Shown: in pieces, positions 28,036 to 41,792 of the stretch | How positions within the stretch are numbered: the first letter of the stretch is position 1 | How the letters are laid out: each line of letters starts with the position of its first letter | DNA from: Eledone cirrhosa | Taxonomy: Eukaryota | Direction: 5' to 3' | Assembly (NCBI GenBank): GCA_964016885.1 | Contig: OZ024749.1 | Coordinates: 47,988,001-48,052,000 of the forward strand | Length of the DNA stretch: 64,000 nt | Notes under the pieces: generated by a model | Told to the model about the DNA's origin: nothing | The model's input: only the letters and a program-made list of their open reading frames with translations | Database searches by the model: none | Position numbers and translations under genes: made by a program

Positions 28036-29627
28036 GAGCAAAGGTTATCACCATGGTTAGCACGTACATTTTATATTCTTTCTTGCACTGGTAGTGTGTG
28101 CTGATTGAGGCTTATGTAAGCTACGCATGAACCCCAACGTTGAGCACCGGATTGCAGTTTTGACAAGCTACTTTCAATCACTTCTGATAATGCGCACCCA
28201 TACACAAATGGTAGAATATTTGTGCAGGTCATGGAGGTTATTGTGATGTCTGGAGAGTGAAAGGCCTTATAAGAATGGAGGAAAAACAGAGACGAGTCCT
28301 TCATGAACTTCTGTAGTGGAAGTAAGGTGATTCGTAAGTTGCTGCAATTAAGTCGACAGAGGAGACATCATATCTGGGCGCCGGACGTTCGGAGAATGTT
28401 GCTGACCGGCTTCATGTTGGCACATTGAACGCAATTTTAATTTAAGCATTTTGATCAAGGCTTATCCTAGGGTTAAGCAAGACCATCACCAACTTATATT
28501 CTATAAAAGATGCAAGTGTACCATATTTTTAGTGTTGGGAAGTCAGGAGATAATGCGTCTCAAATAAATACCGTAACAGATAATTTCCGCTGTTTTACGT
28601 TTATTAAAATACCACTGCTCTGAGTCGCCATACATTTATTTATTTGGTGCCATCGAACAACCGGCTGTAACTTCATAACAAAGTGCATCTGAAGCCTAGA
28701 TTTCCAGTTGCAGACATTTCATTCTTTAGCAAATATATTTGTTCCTGTTATAAGCAATGCTTGAATAAATTTCCAATTCTCTCTTCATCCTATAAATCTC
28801 ATGTCTTGTCCTCGTCTGAAACATAAATCAATGAAATCGATTTTTTTTTTATATATATTTCAATTTCATAGAACAAAGGTTTGGGAAATAGTTTTACATA
28901 TATATGAGAAATGCATGAACGACTCTTAATTTCATTATGTTTACCATTGGAATTTCATACCTTCTTTCATGCAAAATATATTTAAATGATTTATATTTGT
29001 CTCGGTTTCGAATAATAAAGATATTGAAGTTTGTTCTGTCTGCAATAAATAATATAATAAATCTAAGGTTAAAGGAATGCGTTATTATAAGGTATAGAGA
29101 CGCCCTTGTGAACAAACAAGATTAATGTACAAGAATGTTTCTGATTTTCATTGTACTAGGCTGAATGCATCCCAAACACGTAACTCTTTAAAACACAGAC
29201 TCTCTTGCTCTATACAGAATTTCAAATTTTAGGAACAACCTAACCATGAACAGATGTCTATCTCTGTTCACACGACCAGCGGAATTCAACACTTACTGGT
29301 TCCTTTACCGTTAAAAGCTGAACACAATTTCCACCCCACTTTAAAATATATGTAAAATAAGCCATACGTAAAATCGCTCGGTATACAAATTAGAGTAATC
29401 AGACGATGTATACTTTAGATAAATACTTTATATGCTCACGTGTTCTAATGAGGGACAGAAGGGAGATACATACTCTTGACAAGGGGAAATAACCCATAAA
29501 CAATATTATTGTCGATTGTGTCTCTGTGACACTGCTAGGAAAAAAAAAGGATGACGATGTTCATCTACAAAACAGCGTAAGGAGGTTGTTTGCTTCCGAA
29601 CGTATCAATTACCATTATTTCCAGATT

Positions 29628-29930
29628 AACCCGCCGAGGTTAACTTTTCCTTTCATCCTTACGGGGTCGATAAAATAAAGTACCAGTAATGTACTGGTTT
29701 ATTGCTGGCCTTGTGCTTAAAGTAGAAACAATTATTTCCAGATTGGCAGTATCGGTAGAGAGCCGGACGCCATGCTTTGCAGCAAAGAGTTACGGCCTTT
29801 TATGATCTCAGTTCAAATCCCGCCGAGGTTAACTTTGCTTTTCATCCTTACAGGGTCGATAAAATAATGTACCAGTAACACACTGGGATAATTGTTGGCC
29901 TTGTGCCAAAAGTAGAAACAATTATTTCCA
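29628..29930 (+). mobile_element. Two tandem SINE copies
   Basis: Truncated copy 29628-29735, near full-length copy 29741-29925. Confidence 0.85.
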
Positions 29931-31031
29931 TTCTCAGTTCAAATCAGCCTACCATAAACCTTCATCCCAGGTCAGGTGCATTTATACATCCTTCTCGTAG
30001 CTAACCATGCTGGTGAAATTCTGAAAGATCAATTATCTTGAACCTGATGAAGGAAACGGAATTCTTTCCCCGGATGTTAAGATGGTCCGGTTTGCTAGAC
30101 CCGTCCACGATTCTTTGTCAACTCTGTGTCTATGTTAATCAATGTTTGGGCATCTTTCTATAAATTCCCTGTAATTATATTTCTGTGCTTATATGAAAAG
30201 CATATAACATTGTAGACTGGGGAATGCCTTATCAAGGTCGTCGCCCTTCTTTGCTTCTTTTATTTTATTTCATATATATATGTTTTTGTTCGGTTTCATC
30301 ACCGTTTAGAACGCTCGTCATTTGTATACAAACATCTAGGCAATTTCTCTGCATATTTGGTCTTTTCTATTGGGGAGGTTGGGAGGAGTTATTTTTGTTG
30401 TGAAAGTGGCTGTGTGATTGTCTGGTCACTGCTGTTGGTTTTGCGAATGATGTTCTGCCTGTTTTGCTGTGTGACCTGAAATCGTGTACTCTTTCAATTA
30501 ACAGGACTTTTAGAATGATGTTTTTTTACATTCTTTACTTCCCTCCTCTGATGGGGTGAAACATATCATCAGATATGTGTTTGTGTTTTGTTTATCTTGG
30601 GGAAGGGATTAGAATGAAGGATATTTGAGATGATTCGATGTCTTAAACTGTTGCTCCTGTGGTTGTTTTGGTGCTGTTGATATGATTTCCCTTGCTGTTG
30701 CTAGTCTTTTGTTAAAGTTTTTTATCGTTGATTCTGCTGTTTTTGTTATATATATATATATATATATTATTATTTTTTTTTTTTTTTGCGGTAGCTGCTA
30801 CGACTGCTGATGTAATAATTTCATATTAACATCGCTACTTTTTTTATTTATTTTGCTGGTGTACGTTGTGTGTTTCATGAAGTGTTGGAACATATACGTG
30901 TTTAGTTAAATGTATGCCAATAAGTACAACCGTTTAAACTTAGAACATGTTATGAATAAAATCAATTAATTACATACGTATACAAACAAACTGAGACATT
31001 AAAATAGCCACACAGAGACATACAAACACGC

Positions 31032-31120
<89 letters not shown>

Positions 31121-31123
<3 letters not shown>

Positions 31124-31224
31124 TAAAATAGATTAAAGTTTAAGCAAAGAATCGCTGTTTTCACCCTTAACGGGATCTTCTGAAACTCTTTGGATTTTAT
31201 TCTTCACATTTATTATTATTACTA
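31121..31224. mobile_element. Family C rearranged copy (minus-strand variant hammerhead joined to plus-strand tail)
   Basis: 31138-31186 is the reverse complement of the family C HHR; 31186-31224 is the reverse complement of 24161-24199. Confidence 0.65.
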
Positions 31225-31510
31225 TATATATATATATAATTTTGTAAAAAAAAACAAAAAAAAACTCACTTTCTAATATATATATATATATATATATCGT
31301 TTCTGAATTTGTTTAGCAAGATTCTTTATCTGAAATCGTGTGTTGAAACCGATATTGTTATACTTTGGGAGGGTCATGTTGCCAATAAGAAACACACGCA
31401 CCAGTTGCTTTCACTTCAATTTAATTTAATATATATTTATAAATTTACAAATTTATAAATTTCTGGTTGGTTGGTTGGTTCCACAACCAGATAGTTGTTT
31501 ATATATATAT

Positions 31511-31555
31511 AGTCATAGTTCTTTCGTCACACACTCTGTGACCTCTTCAGTGACT
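31511..31555 (-). ncRNA. Minimal type-I hammerhead ribozyme in the PLE A 3' pLTR
   Basis: Minus strand reads AGTCA CTGAAGA G GTCACA GAGTG TGTGAC GAAA G AA C TA TGACT: 5-bp stem I, CUGANGA core, 6-bp stem II, GAAA, vestigial stem III. HHRs are an established feature of PLE pLTRs. Confidence 0.75.
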
Positions 31556-31859
31556 GGGGATTTCTTTCTTCGTTTCTGTGCCTTTCCTTTCTTCTATCCT
31601 ACGCCATTTTGTTTGTGTGTGGGTTGCGTGCTCAGTTTGCGCATGCGCCACATCCGGGTGTCTGTGTGTGTTTGTGTTCATTTTTCTATTTTTATATTTT
31701 TATATTTATATTTGTTTGTTTATTTATTTATTTATTGTTGGTTGGTTGTTTGTTCTATGTGTGTGTGTGTTTTCATTTTGTCTTGTGTGTGTTTTCATTT
31801 TGTGTGTGTTTTCAATTGTAAGTTGTTTATATATGTGTGTGTGTGTTTTCATTTTGTCC

Positions 31860-32878
31860 TTAATTGTAAGTTGTGATGTTGCTGTTCCACTCATATTTTC
31901 TATTTAATTTTGGTTTTAATTCTTTTATGCTTACTGCCTCTGTAATTTGCCTAAACATTGCGTCTTTCTTGTGTGTGGATTCTATTTTTATTTCTATGCT
32001 CTCTAATTTACCCCTGTGTTCTATCTTAGCATGTTGGTAGAGCACAGATGATTCTTTACTATCTTGGAGGTCTCGCCAGTGTTCATTTATTCGTTCCCCT
32101 ATACTACGAGCTGTCTCACCTATGTACACTATATTTTTGTTTCTACATTGTCCCTCAGTACATCTTATGCTATATACTACATTTCTAGTTTTACAGTTAA
32201 TATGGGGGCTTATTTTACAGGTTATACATTTCTTATCTATACATGAGGGTCTTTGGAACGGGTATGTCTTGCTAATAAGTGTTTTTACGGAGGTACCAGG
32301 TCTTTCTACTATCTTAATATTGAGATTATGTTTCTTTAGGGCCCTTCTAAATTTGTAGGCTAGTTCACCTCTAGGGGTTGTATTGATGAACATTACACTC
32401 TGGTATTTATTGCTATCATACCATGAGTTTATTCTATTGGCCTTGTTCTTAGTTCTTTCTATTCTATTCCAAAATTTGCTCCTATACAAGGGGCAGGTCC
32501 CATTTATGTCATTATTTACCATTTTTTCCCATTTGGTTCTGGCTCCTTTATACACTCTGATTCTATCTCTCTGATTGTAGCCAGAGAACTGCATACGGTG
32601 GATGAAGTGTTGTATGTGTCTCTCTAGTTCTTCGGGGTTGCACATGCGGGACACATTTCTCATCACCCGTATCAAATCCGCAATCAGTATGTTGATTTTG
32701 GTATGGTCCGAAATGGCCGAGTTTCGGTGGATCAGATGTTTGGAAGTCATGGGTTTGGCATAATGGGAATGGAGGATTTGTTTTTGGTTGTTAATAGTAT
32801 CTAACCAGAGCTCTGTGTCTAGTACAGGTAATCGATGGTTGGGGTGTCTACTTGGGGAGTCTATAGTAACTCTAATTT
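31860..32878 (-). CDS. PLE ORF remnant: RT thumb, Cys-rich linker and GIY-YIG endonuclease (stop-free, N-terminally truncated)
   Basis: In-frame upstream of the called Met reads IRVTIDSPSRHPNHRLPVLDTELW. Linker CIDKKCITC..C; endonuclease NVVYSIRC..C..YIGETARSIGERINEH..YQHAKIEH..RQITEAVSI..PKLN. Confidence 0.88.
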
Positions 32879-33256
32879 CTTTGTTTTTGTGCCTCCCCTT
32901 TGTTCTGTCCTACGCCATCTTGTTTTTGTGTGTGTTGTGTGCTTAGATTGCGCGTGTGTTATATCCGGGTGTCTGTGTGTGTTTATATGTGTTTATTTAC
33001 ATGAATGGAACAGCAACAGAACAGCAACATCACAACTTACAATTAAGGACAACATGAAAACACACACACACATAGAACAAACAACCAACCAGTAACATGT
33101 AAATAAATAAATGAAGAAATAAACAAATAAACAAATATAAACACACACAGACACCCGGATGTAACACATGCGCAAACTAAGCACACAACACTCACAAACA
33201 CAAGATGGCGTAGGACAGAACGAAGGAGAGGCACAGAAACTAAGAAAATAATCCCC

Positions 33257-33300
33257 AGTCACTGAAGAGGTCACATAATGTGTGACGAAATAACTTTGAC
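33257..33300 (+). ncRNA. Minimal hammerhead ribozyme in the inverted pLTR of PLE A
   Basis: AGTCA CTGAAGA G GTCACA TAATG TGTGAC GAAA TAAC TT TGAC. Stem II is conserved while the loop differs from the other copy. Confidence 0.65.
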
Positions 33301-33453
33301 AATATATGAACAATCGCCTGGTTGTGGAACCAGCCAGCCAACCAACCAGCCAACCGGAAATTTATAAATTCCTAAATTCCTAAATTTAATATATAATTAA
33401 TTGAAGTGAAAGCAACTGGTGCATGTGTTTCTTATTGGCAACATGACCCTCCT

Positions 33454-33544
<91 letters not shown>

Positions 33545-33729
33545 ATATATATTAATATATATATTAATATATAAATATATATATTAATATATACAATACA
33601 ATATGTTGAGAAGGTAACACACCAGAGAGAGATATATATTGCGTTATCAATAATACAGGGAAAAAACCACCAGTGTATGGAATCTATAACCTATGTAAGG
33701 CAGACTATAGACACGATATCGTAATTTAT

Positions 33730-33785
<56 letters not shown>

Positions 33786-34187
33786 TTTTCTTTAACTGTA
33801 GGGCAACACTGATCGGCTAAACGTATGATCAACACTATATTAACCATGTCTATCAATGATGTTGGGGATGAACTTTCTAGCTTATTCAATGCGTCATTAA
33901 TCGTTTTATGTTAATCGTTCGTAATTCCAATGTTTTTGCTATTATTTCTAATATGGTGTGCAAGGACATAAGGAGTTCTATCTTTACACTTGTAAATTCT
34001 CAGAAAAGATTATTAATGGTTCTACTGGTATACTAATTTGCGCGGCTTTGTTTTTTTGTGCACGTGTGTGTATGTATGTGTGTGTTGTTATATGTATGCG
34101 TACATATGTGTACGTGTGCGTGTTCGCTAATAAACATTTAAGAAATAAAAATAATTTCGTTAACGTCCGGTATATTCGCATTAGAGG

Positions 34188-34410
34188 AACTCCGTCTGTT
34201 ACGACGAGTGGTCCAGTCAATAGTTTCAACGGAACAGACTGCCCGTGGAATTAACTGGCATATGGCTGAGCATTTCGTAAAAGGGCGTACCCTTGAAGGT
34301 AGCGTTCAGGGAAACTCAGCCTAAGGCCGAACATTCGAATTATAACTAAAACTCATTTTTGCGTGCAGAGTACAATCGTGAGCCGAATACCCTAACCAAA
34401 TTTCCACGTG
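34188..34410 (-). mobile_element. Degenerate copy of a second SINE-like repeat family
   Basis: GC-richer island (CAACGGAACAG.CTGC.CGTG.AATTAAC..GGCTGAGCA) resembling an octopus interspersed repeat recalled from memory; single copy in this window. Confidence 0.4.
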
Positions 34411-35244
34411 ATATTAACATTAATTGTAACTAAAATAACACGGGTATTTGTCTCTGTGTTCGGGCAAGTACAGATTTGTTTATCATGTAACCGAACTAGA
34501 GTATATCTGAATGCTTTTGATAGAAATTTTCCAGAAATGTTAGATTCTTTTACTGGGAGGCAATATAATTACCATTGAAGTCATTAAGGACAGTGCACAA
34601 TCGCAGGAGATTTCCTTTACTGGAATCACCGAAAGAATAAACTAATTATAAATACGATTCTTCCTATTACATGCTATATTGGCATTAAAAAAGAAAATTA
34701 AACAGCTTCTCAAGTTACTGCTACTATAACGAACAATCAGAATGCAATTATAGGATTTTAAAATGACGAATTCTTTATCGATACATAATGCGTTAATCTG
34801 CCTATATGACACCTTAGAATTGTTAACTCTTTAACTTATCATTATACATGATATGTAAGTGTCCATACTCTTTGTGTGCTTGAATAAAAGAATCAGCACC
34901 AGAACAGTATTTGCAAATTTATAATTCACATAAATTCCTTAATTAGGTAGAATTGTATTATAGTGTTTCATTTTGTTCTTAAACTGAATAAAATACCTTC
35001 TACTTCATTATTACAATATTTTTCATTGTATAATGTTCTCATTCTCACAACGTATCATGTGCATAGATTCTTTGAAACCGGCTTTAAGGGTACTAGAACT
35101 ATTCGTTTCCTTCTACACCACTTGTTAAATATTTTCCTCTGAAATCGCATCTGTGTTCACTCAACCTGCTACACATACTAGACATTTTTCTCCATAAAAA
35201 AGAATCATTACATTTTTTAAAAGATGATGGCTTAATATTTGCTT

Positions 35245-35370
35245 CTACTTTTAGCACACGGCCAGCAATCATGGTGTTATATTTTATCGGGTGAAAAGTA
35301 AAGTTAACCTCGGTGGGAGTTGAACACAAGAACGGAAAGAATTGCTGTAAAAGATACGATGGACAGAATA
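35245..35370 (-). mobile_element. Degenerate SINE
   Basis: GCACACGGCCAGCAAT..AAAGTTAACCTCGGTGGGAGTTGAAC. Confidence 0.55.
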
Positions 35371-35519
35371 CACCAAAACACTCAAATTATATATATATAT
35401 ATTTTGTTTTCGTAGCCATTTAATCCCTGCCAGTAACCAGGAAACTTCTGTCATTATTACAGACAATTATGTTAGGCTCTTTTCCCTGTGCTCATTTTTT
35501 ATTATTCACATCTCACTAT

Positions 35520-35870
35520 ATAAGGACACTGCTTCTTCGCAGATTTATCCCCGAGAGGGTCGTTGGGGCAGAGTCCTCAACCACTCCTTCCAGTAGGTCC
35601 TTTCAGAAGCGACCGTCTCCAATTGATCCACTGGATCCTAAAACGAGACCAGCCGAACTCATGGATGTTATCCAAACATCTTTCTCAGGGTCTACATCTG
35701 GGTCTCTGGGCCTGATGGTTTTGCCCGTAAAATCTGCCCAGGGATTATTTCCTGATACATTCTAAATATATGCCCATAGTATCGGATCTGTGATCTCTGA
35801 ATTCGGAGAAATAGTGATTCTACCTGGAGTAATCTCTGATCTCTGAACTATGGACTCTATCGAGTAACGG
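35520..35870 (-). mobile_element. Decayed RTE-clade LINE 3' end
   Basis: Minus strand QIRYYGHIFRM and, after a frameshift, RPRCRP*ERCLDNIHEFGWSR (compare RLRYYGH..R and RPRGRP..RWLD). Confidence 0.6.
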
Positions 35871-36511
35871 TTAGATTAATTAAATTGATAATTTATTAAT
35901 AAATAATTTCAATTAAAATTTATCTGAAATGATTCCAAGATAACGTGTGTATATTAAATATTTAAAACCGAGTGACATCGACTGTATTCATCTGGTTTGT
36001 TAGTATTGCCAGTAGCGTCTTGTATCAAATTTAAAATGCAAGAATATCAAAATTAATCATCTTAACAATCTATGTAAGAATTTCCTTTAGACACTCCAGT
36101 AGCCGCTCACGTATTCCAACACAATATTCTAATATCTAATATCATCAATCACACATTTATATATTTGTATCTTAATAACTATAGTTACAGAGTAGTCATC
36201 ATGAGTTGGCGATTGTGCTATCGCTTCTGGATTACTTATACATTAAATCTAGTCAAAACAAATTACTACATTCCCATAAGATACAAACAAGATAAGCATT
36301 TGGACATATTTCACTTCTAGTGCTTCTCGGTTTCTGTTAAAGAAACCATTGTAATATATTTATTTTAATCTTCGCCATCAAATTTATGTGAATAAATTGA
36401 ACATTTTATTAAATTAAACAATTTCAGAAGATGCTGGGTTTAATAAATGTATATGAATATTTGAGATGTCTTAATGCTGATTAAAAGCATGCACCTAACA
36501 TTATTTACTTT

Positions 36512-36703
36512 AGGCGGTGGATTGGCAGTATCGGTAGAGTGTCGGATGCCATGCTTTGACGCATAGAGTTACGGCCCTTGCCATTCTGAGTTCAAATCCC
36601 GCCGAGGTTAACTTTGCCTTTCATCCTTACGGGGTCGATAAAATAAAGTACCAGTAATGCACTGGGTAATTGCTGGCCTTGTGCCAAAAGTAGAAGCAAT
36701 TAT
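36512..36703 (+). mobile_element. SINE, full length
   Basis: Match to 9851-10041. Near-perfect TSD ATTATT(T/A)ACTTTAG at 36500-36513 and 36699-36712. Confidence 0.85.
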
Positions 36704-38648
36704 TAACTTTAGATGCTATTTCAAATAACAATTGATACAAATACAAACCGGGGAATTTCTACATGGAAATAATCATTCTTTTCCTTGACGATCGCTAGCT
36801 ATTTAGCCGTTGAAATTAATGGAGAAATATTAAGGCAATTGTGAATACTATTCATTTCACTTGTTCCTCAAGTAGAATCTCCCGGTACAATTCTGAAATT
36901 AGCTCTTACCAAAATCAGAGCATTATACTTTGTAATCACAAATTATACTTTTCTAGAAAATAAATGTACATATGTGTACATATGTGTACATATATATATG
37001 TTTATATGTTTATATGTATTTATGAATATATCTATATCTATATCAATATATATATATATATGTGTGTCTGTGTGTGTGTGTGTGCGTGTGTGTGTGTGTG
37101 TGTTTGTGCGTGTGTGTGTATGTGTGTCTGTATAATTATATATATATATATATATATGGAGAATAGAAATGGCTGTGTAGTTGCTATTTAAGGTAGATTA
37201 AAATGGAATGAGAATAGAAGAAAGCAAGAACGAGTGGAGGTTTTCCTCATCAGTTGTCTACTGGGTGTCTCGGATATTTCTACGCTTTAAAGACAAGATA
37301 TCTACCGCCCAGAGCGTCAATAACTAGATAAGTTATTCGGAAAAAGGAGGATGGAGGGAAGGAAAAACAAAAGTGAAGAAAAGAGAAAACAATGAAAAAA
37401 CAGCGAAAAAAACAACAAACTGAGAAATGTGCGAGCAACTTAAAGTAAGAAAATCCAAGACCACACGATGAGAGAAATTAAGTTCAAGACTGTGTGGTCG
37501 AGAGTTACAAGACACACATCTGACCTCCGCAGTTGTAAGTGAGAAAAGGACTACTAGAGGGTCAGGCGAGGGAGTGAAAGAGATAGGAAGAAAGTGGGTT
37601 AAAAGTAGATAGTAACGAAATAGTTAGGTAGAAGAAGAGAGAAGACTAGTAGAGAGGATGAGATATACATAAGCTAATACATATTTTATATAACCCATAA
37701 TTTTAAACATTTCTAGATTTGAAAATGAACACATCTATGATCGTTCTACTTCAATATGTGTACATATATTAGGTTTGCGTATGGGCTTGTATTTATATCT
37801 TGACTGAGTGAGTGCATATATATATCGTTTATATGTGTACGTATAGTACGTATATTGCCTTTTTTATTTTTTTTATTTTGTTAAATATATCTATTCAATC
37901 GCTAAGTACTTTAAAATAACTAATTTATTGATTTCTCTCTCCGCTATTAAACAAGAAAACATCAACAATACTAAGCGTAATTCTATTTTTTCTTTCTCTC
38001 TCTTTTAATGGAAAAGGTGGTTCTAACAATTTTTTTTTCATAGCAGCCGTAAAATAGATTTCTTTATACTTTTATTAAACCTTTTTTTTTCGCGCAACTA
38101 CACACTTTTCTTTATGGTTTCGCTTTTTTGTCGCTTACCTCCGAGAAAGAATTTTCATTATATACTTTCCTTTATTACTCCTAATGTTTTGTTTATTGTT
38201 CATATAATCGTTCAGTTTTAAATTTCCCACAAGCAATCAATACCTATGCTTAATTTAAGCTAATTACTTCCTGATTCTTCAAGTAAACTTGTTAAGAAAA
38301 CACTTGTTTTCTATATTTTGCTGTGTTCCAATTCAATTTACTACGAAAAGTTGTATCTCACAATGTTTTTTTTTTCCTATTCGATATAATGTTTTCACCA
38401 TTTAGTTTTTCATTTAGATCATAGTCCCTACGTTGGTTGCTGAAGAATCTTCTTCAGATTTTAATTAATTAAGCGTATACATATATATGTGTGGGTGTTG
38501 TTTTTTTTTCAATTTAACTCTTGGAAATTTAAATACTTGAGGCGTTACTCTTTAATGTATTTTATAATGTTTTAGAGAAAAATTAAATGGTATTAGAAAA
38601 CCTCTCACATACACACACACACATATATATATATACACGCACACACAC

Positions 38649-38728
<80 letters not shown>

Positions 38729-38787
38729 TTATATATATATACATATAAATTATATATATATATGTATATATAAATATATATATATAT

Positions 38788-38921
<134 letters not shown>

Positions 38922-39346
38922 CTGGGTGTGCGTGTGTGTGAATGTATGTTTATATTTCCTTTTTTTAAATGTTATCACTTTTCTGTTTCGTCTCAATCTT
39001 TCTCAGTGTTCGTCCATTTATCACTGTAAACTGAAAGAAATATCATTTATGCGTTGGGATTAAACGATCCAATATGTTCAAAGTAAATGGACAGTATTTT
39101 AATAGAAACACCAGCGAGTTGGCTTTCTTTTAATTATATCGGAGTCATCAGGTGTCAGTTAGCTTGATTAAATATATGTTCTAACAACATTCTAAACATC
39201 GATCTACAATCTACTTTTTATTTGCAATCTGTAATTATAAAATGTTATGAACCCTAATAGTGCCAACACATGTCTATATGTCTTCTTCTTACTCTCCGTT
39301 TCTACCACAATCTATAATTTTGCACCCGATGTTAAGTATTCAATAT

Positions 39347-39399
<53 letters not shown>

Positions 39400-39400
<1 letters not shown>

Positions 39401-39515
39401 TAGGGCGGGTAAAATTCTCGGGATCCGTGGAGGAGTTCTCTCCAGCGGTCTCTGGACTTCATTATCGCTGCCATATCCTGCGTCTTCAACAGACCAGTGT
39501 CTGTCCTTAGGGCAT

Positions 39516-39522
<7 letters not shown>
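39400..39522 (-). mobile_element. RTE-clade LINE, extreme 3' coding fragment embedded in (TA)n
   Basis: Minus strand translates YVDALRTDTGLLKTQDMAAIMKSRDRWRELLHGSREFYPP*, resembling the RTE ORF C-terminus (Y.D.L..DTGL...M..R..WR). Confidence 0.6.
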
Positions 39523-39554
<32 letters not shown>

Positions 39555-39896
39555 GATAAATCTACCAAGAGTTTACGGTAGTGTCCAATCCGTATGAAGA
39601 ACTCAATGTATTCCGGATATCATGGAAAGAAGAGATGCAATGAAAAATCACTTTCGGTGAAAGATAAACGGAATACAGAGTCAAGATAAAATATTAAAGA
39701 AATAATGAATAAAACAATGAAACAGTTCCTTATATTAAACAAAAAAAGTTCATTATTTAACGATCGTTTCTAGGATATATATGTGTTAGAATTGGCATGC
39801 ATATTCAACAGATCTATGTACAAAATTATACAAAATTATACAAACTATCAAGATTAAATATACATACCAAACACACATATATGCCGTCTTCAGAAA

Positions 39897-40025
<129 letters not shown>

Positions 40026-40583
40026 ATATATATGCATCAATCTTTTAGCTATGTCAACCATCCGGCTGAGGCCATGCTTGGGCACCAATCTTGAAATATA
40101 TATATTATTCTTACGTGTCGTTCGTTTCAAAAGCGACCAGCTCAAGGTAATCGGTAGTGATCAGGAAGATATCTGTAATCAATAGCTCATCAGACTAGTG
40201 AATTCTACAAGTGTGATGAGTCATCGCGCCCAGAGAATGGCTCGACCGTACCTTGAGGTGATGGATCTTCGAAACGAGCGTCACGTGTGAATAGAAAATA
40301 TATTAATGTTATATTCATTTTTCCCTCCAGTTTCATCTAATCATTAACACCCTGGGGGAGTCAAAAACATAGAGTCCCACATCTGTAGCCTGGGCCAATT
40401 ATTATCATTGAATTAGTTATATCCGGGGAAAATCACAATTAAAAAGGTCATCTATACATTGATAGAGTATAGGCATGTATATAACATACATAAATGAATT
40501 TTGCAGGATGAGAAATCCTCAGGAATATACAGCTATTTCTATATATAATTATATATGCGTGTGTGTACATGTGTGCGTGTGCG

Positions 40584-40686
<103 letters not shown>

Positions 40687-41408
40687 TATGTCTATATGTA
40701 TATGTATGTATATATTTTATTTTGTAGCATACATATAATCTCGCTGTCAGGTTTTCAAACTGTGATTAAATCACAAGTAAAGCACCATTCATGTAGCCAT
40801 GCTTACTTATGTATAGGTTCTGACTGGAAGGCCTGGAAGATCTCATCTACTTAATGGCTGTCCTGAACACTGCAGTTTGAAGACGTCTAAAATGTTTGTG
40901 TACATATATTTTCTTCGCACGTCAAGCTCTCTTCCAATTTGTAATTTCAACTTGATAAGGAATGTGAGGTTATTTAGGGAAATTTTGAATTCTTGAGTGT
41001 TTCATGACAGGCAGTTGATATTGTTATGTTTGACAAGGTTAAAGCCTACTTTGAATACATTTTTCTAAACAGGAGGAAAAAATCCGGTCTTTTCACATGG
41101 TGGAAATTGATTTTTTCTTTTGGAAATTGATTTTTTCTTTTCTTCTATTATTTATTTTTTTAGGGGCTTGTGTTCAGAATGGCTATCTTTATTGGTTTTG
41201 TAAATCTACTGTTTTGTAAACTTAATTCTGTAGTGTTTCTCTTCCTTGTATTCACGGCATCCATTATAATGAATCGGGACACGACGGTTGACCTCTTGTC
41301 GGCTCAAAATCTAGATCAAAGTATAACCATACTCCACTACTTTGAGGTTTATGTAGAGTAAATGTGTAAGCGATTTCAAACTGAATCCAACCTGATTTAT
41401 ATATACTG

Positions 41409-41504
<96 letters not shown>

Positions 41505-41506
<2 letters not shown>

Positions 41507-41792
41507 TGATGGTAGCTAAGGTGCTTCTATAGGCGGTGTCCCGGTTGAGCACTCTATGCTCTTACAGAGCAGAGTATGATATAATATAAAACGAAAAATC
41601 AGTGATGCATCTGAACTCAATTTATTTTGTGTTACAATTGTTTCTCAGGCGGAGAGCTCCAGACTCGATCATTGTGTGGATCTGTCAGACATATCCACAC
41701 AATGATCGTGTCTCGAGCTGTCCGCCGGCGAAACAATTGTAACACACAGTAAATTGAGTTCAGATGCATCACTGATTTTTCGTTTCATATTA

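Larger units (their letters stand above)
31298..33458 (-). mobile_element. Penelope-like retroelement A, internally deleted, with inverted pseudo-LTRs
   Basis: Minus-strand ORF with RT C-terminal part and GIY-YIG domain. 33001-33458 is an inverted copy of 31362-31893. 32873-33000 is a partial direct copy of about 31560-31690. Flanked by (TA)n. Confidence 0.9.

Noticed and set aside
28035-28500. GC-richer island, possibly a transposon remnant (similarly 42600-43005)
   Set aside because: No motif I could recognise in any frame; left unannotated.
30043-30075. CTGATGA AG GAAAC
   Set aside because: No room for stem II and no stem I or III pairing.
37225-37260. Minus-strand CTGATGA GGAAAACC
   Set aside because: No downstream GAAA or cleavage triplet in register.
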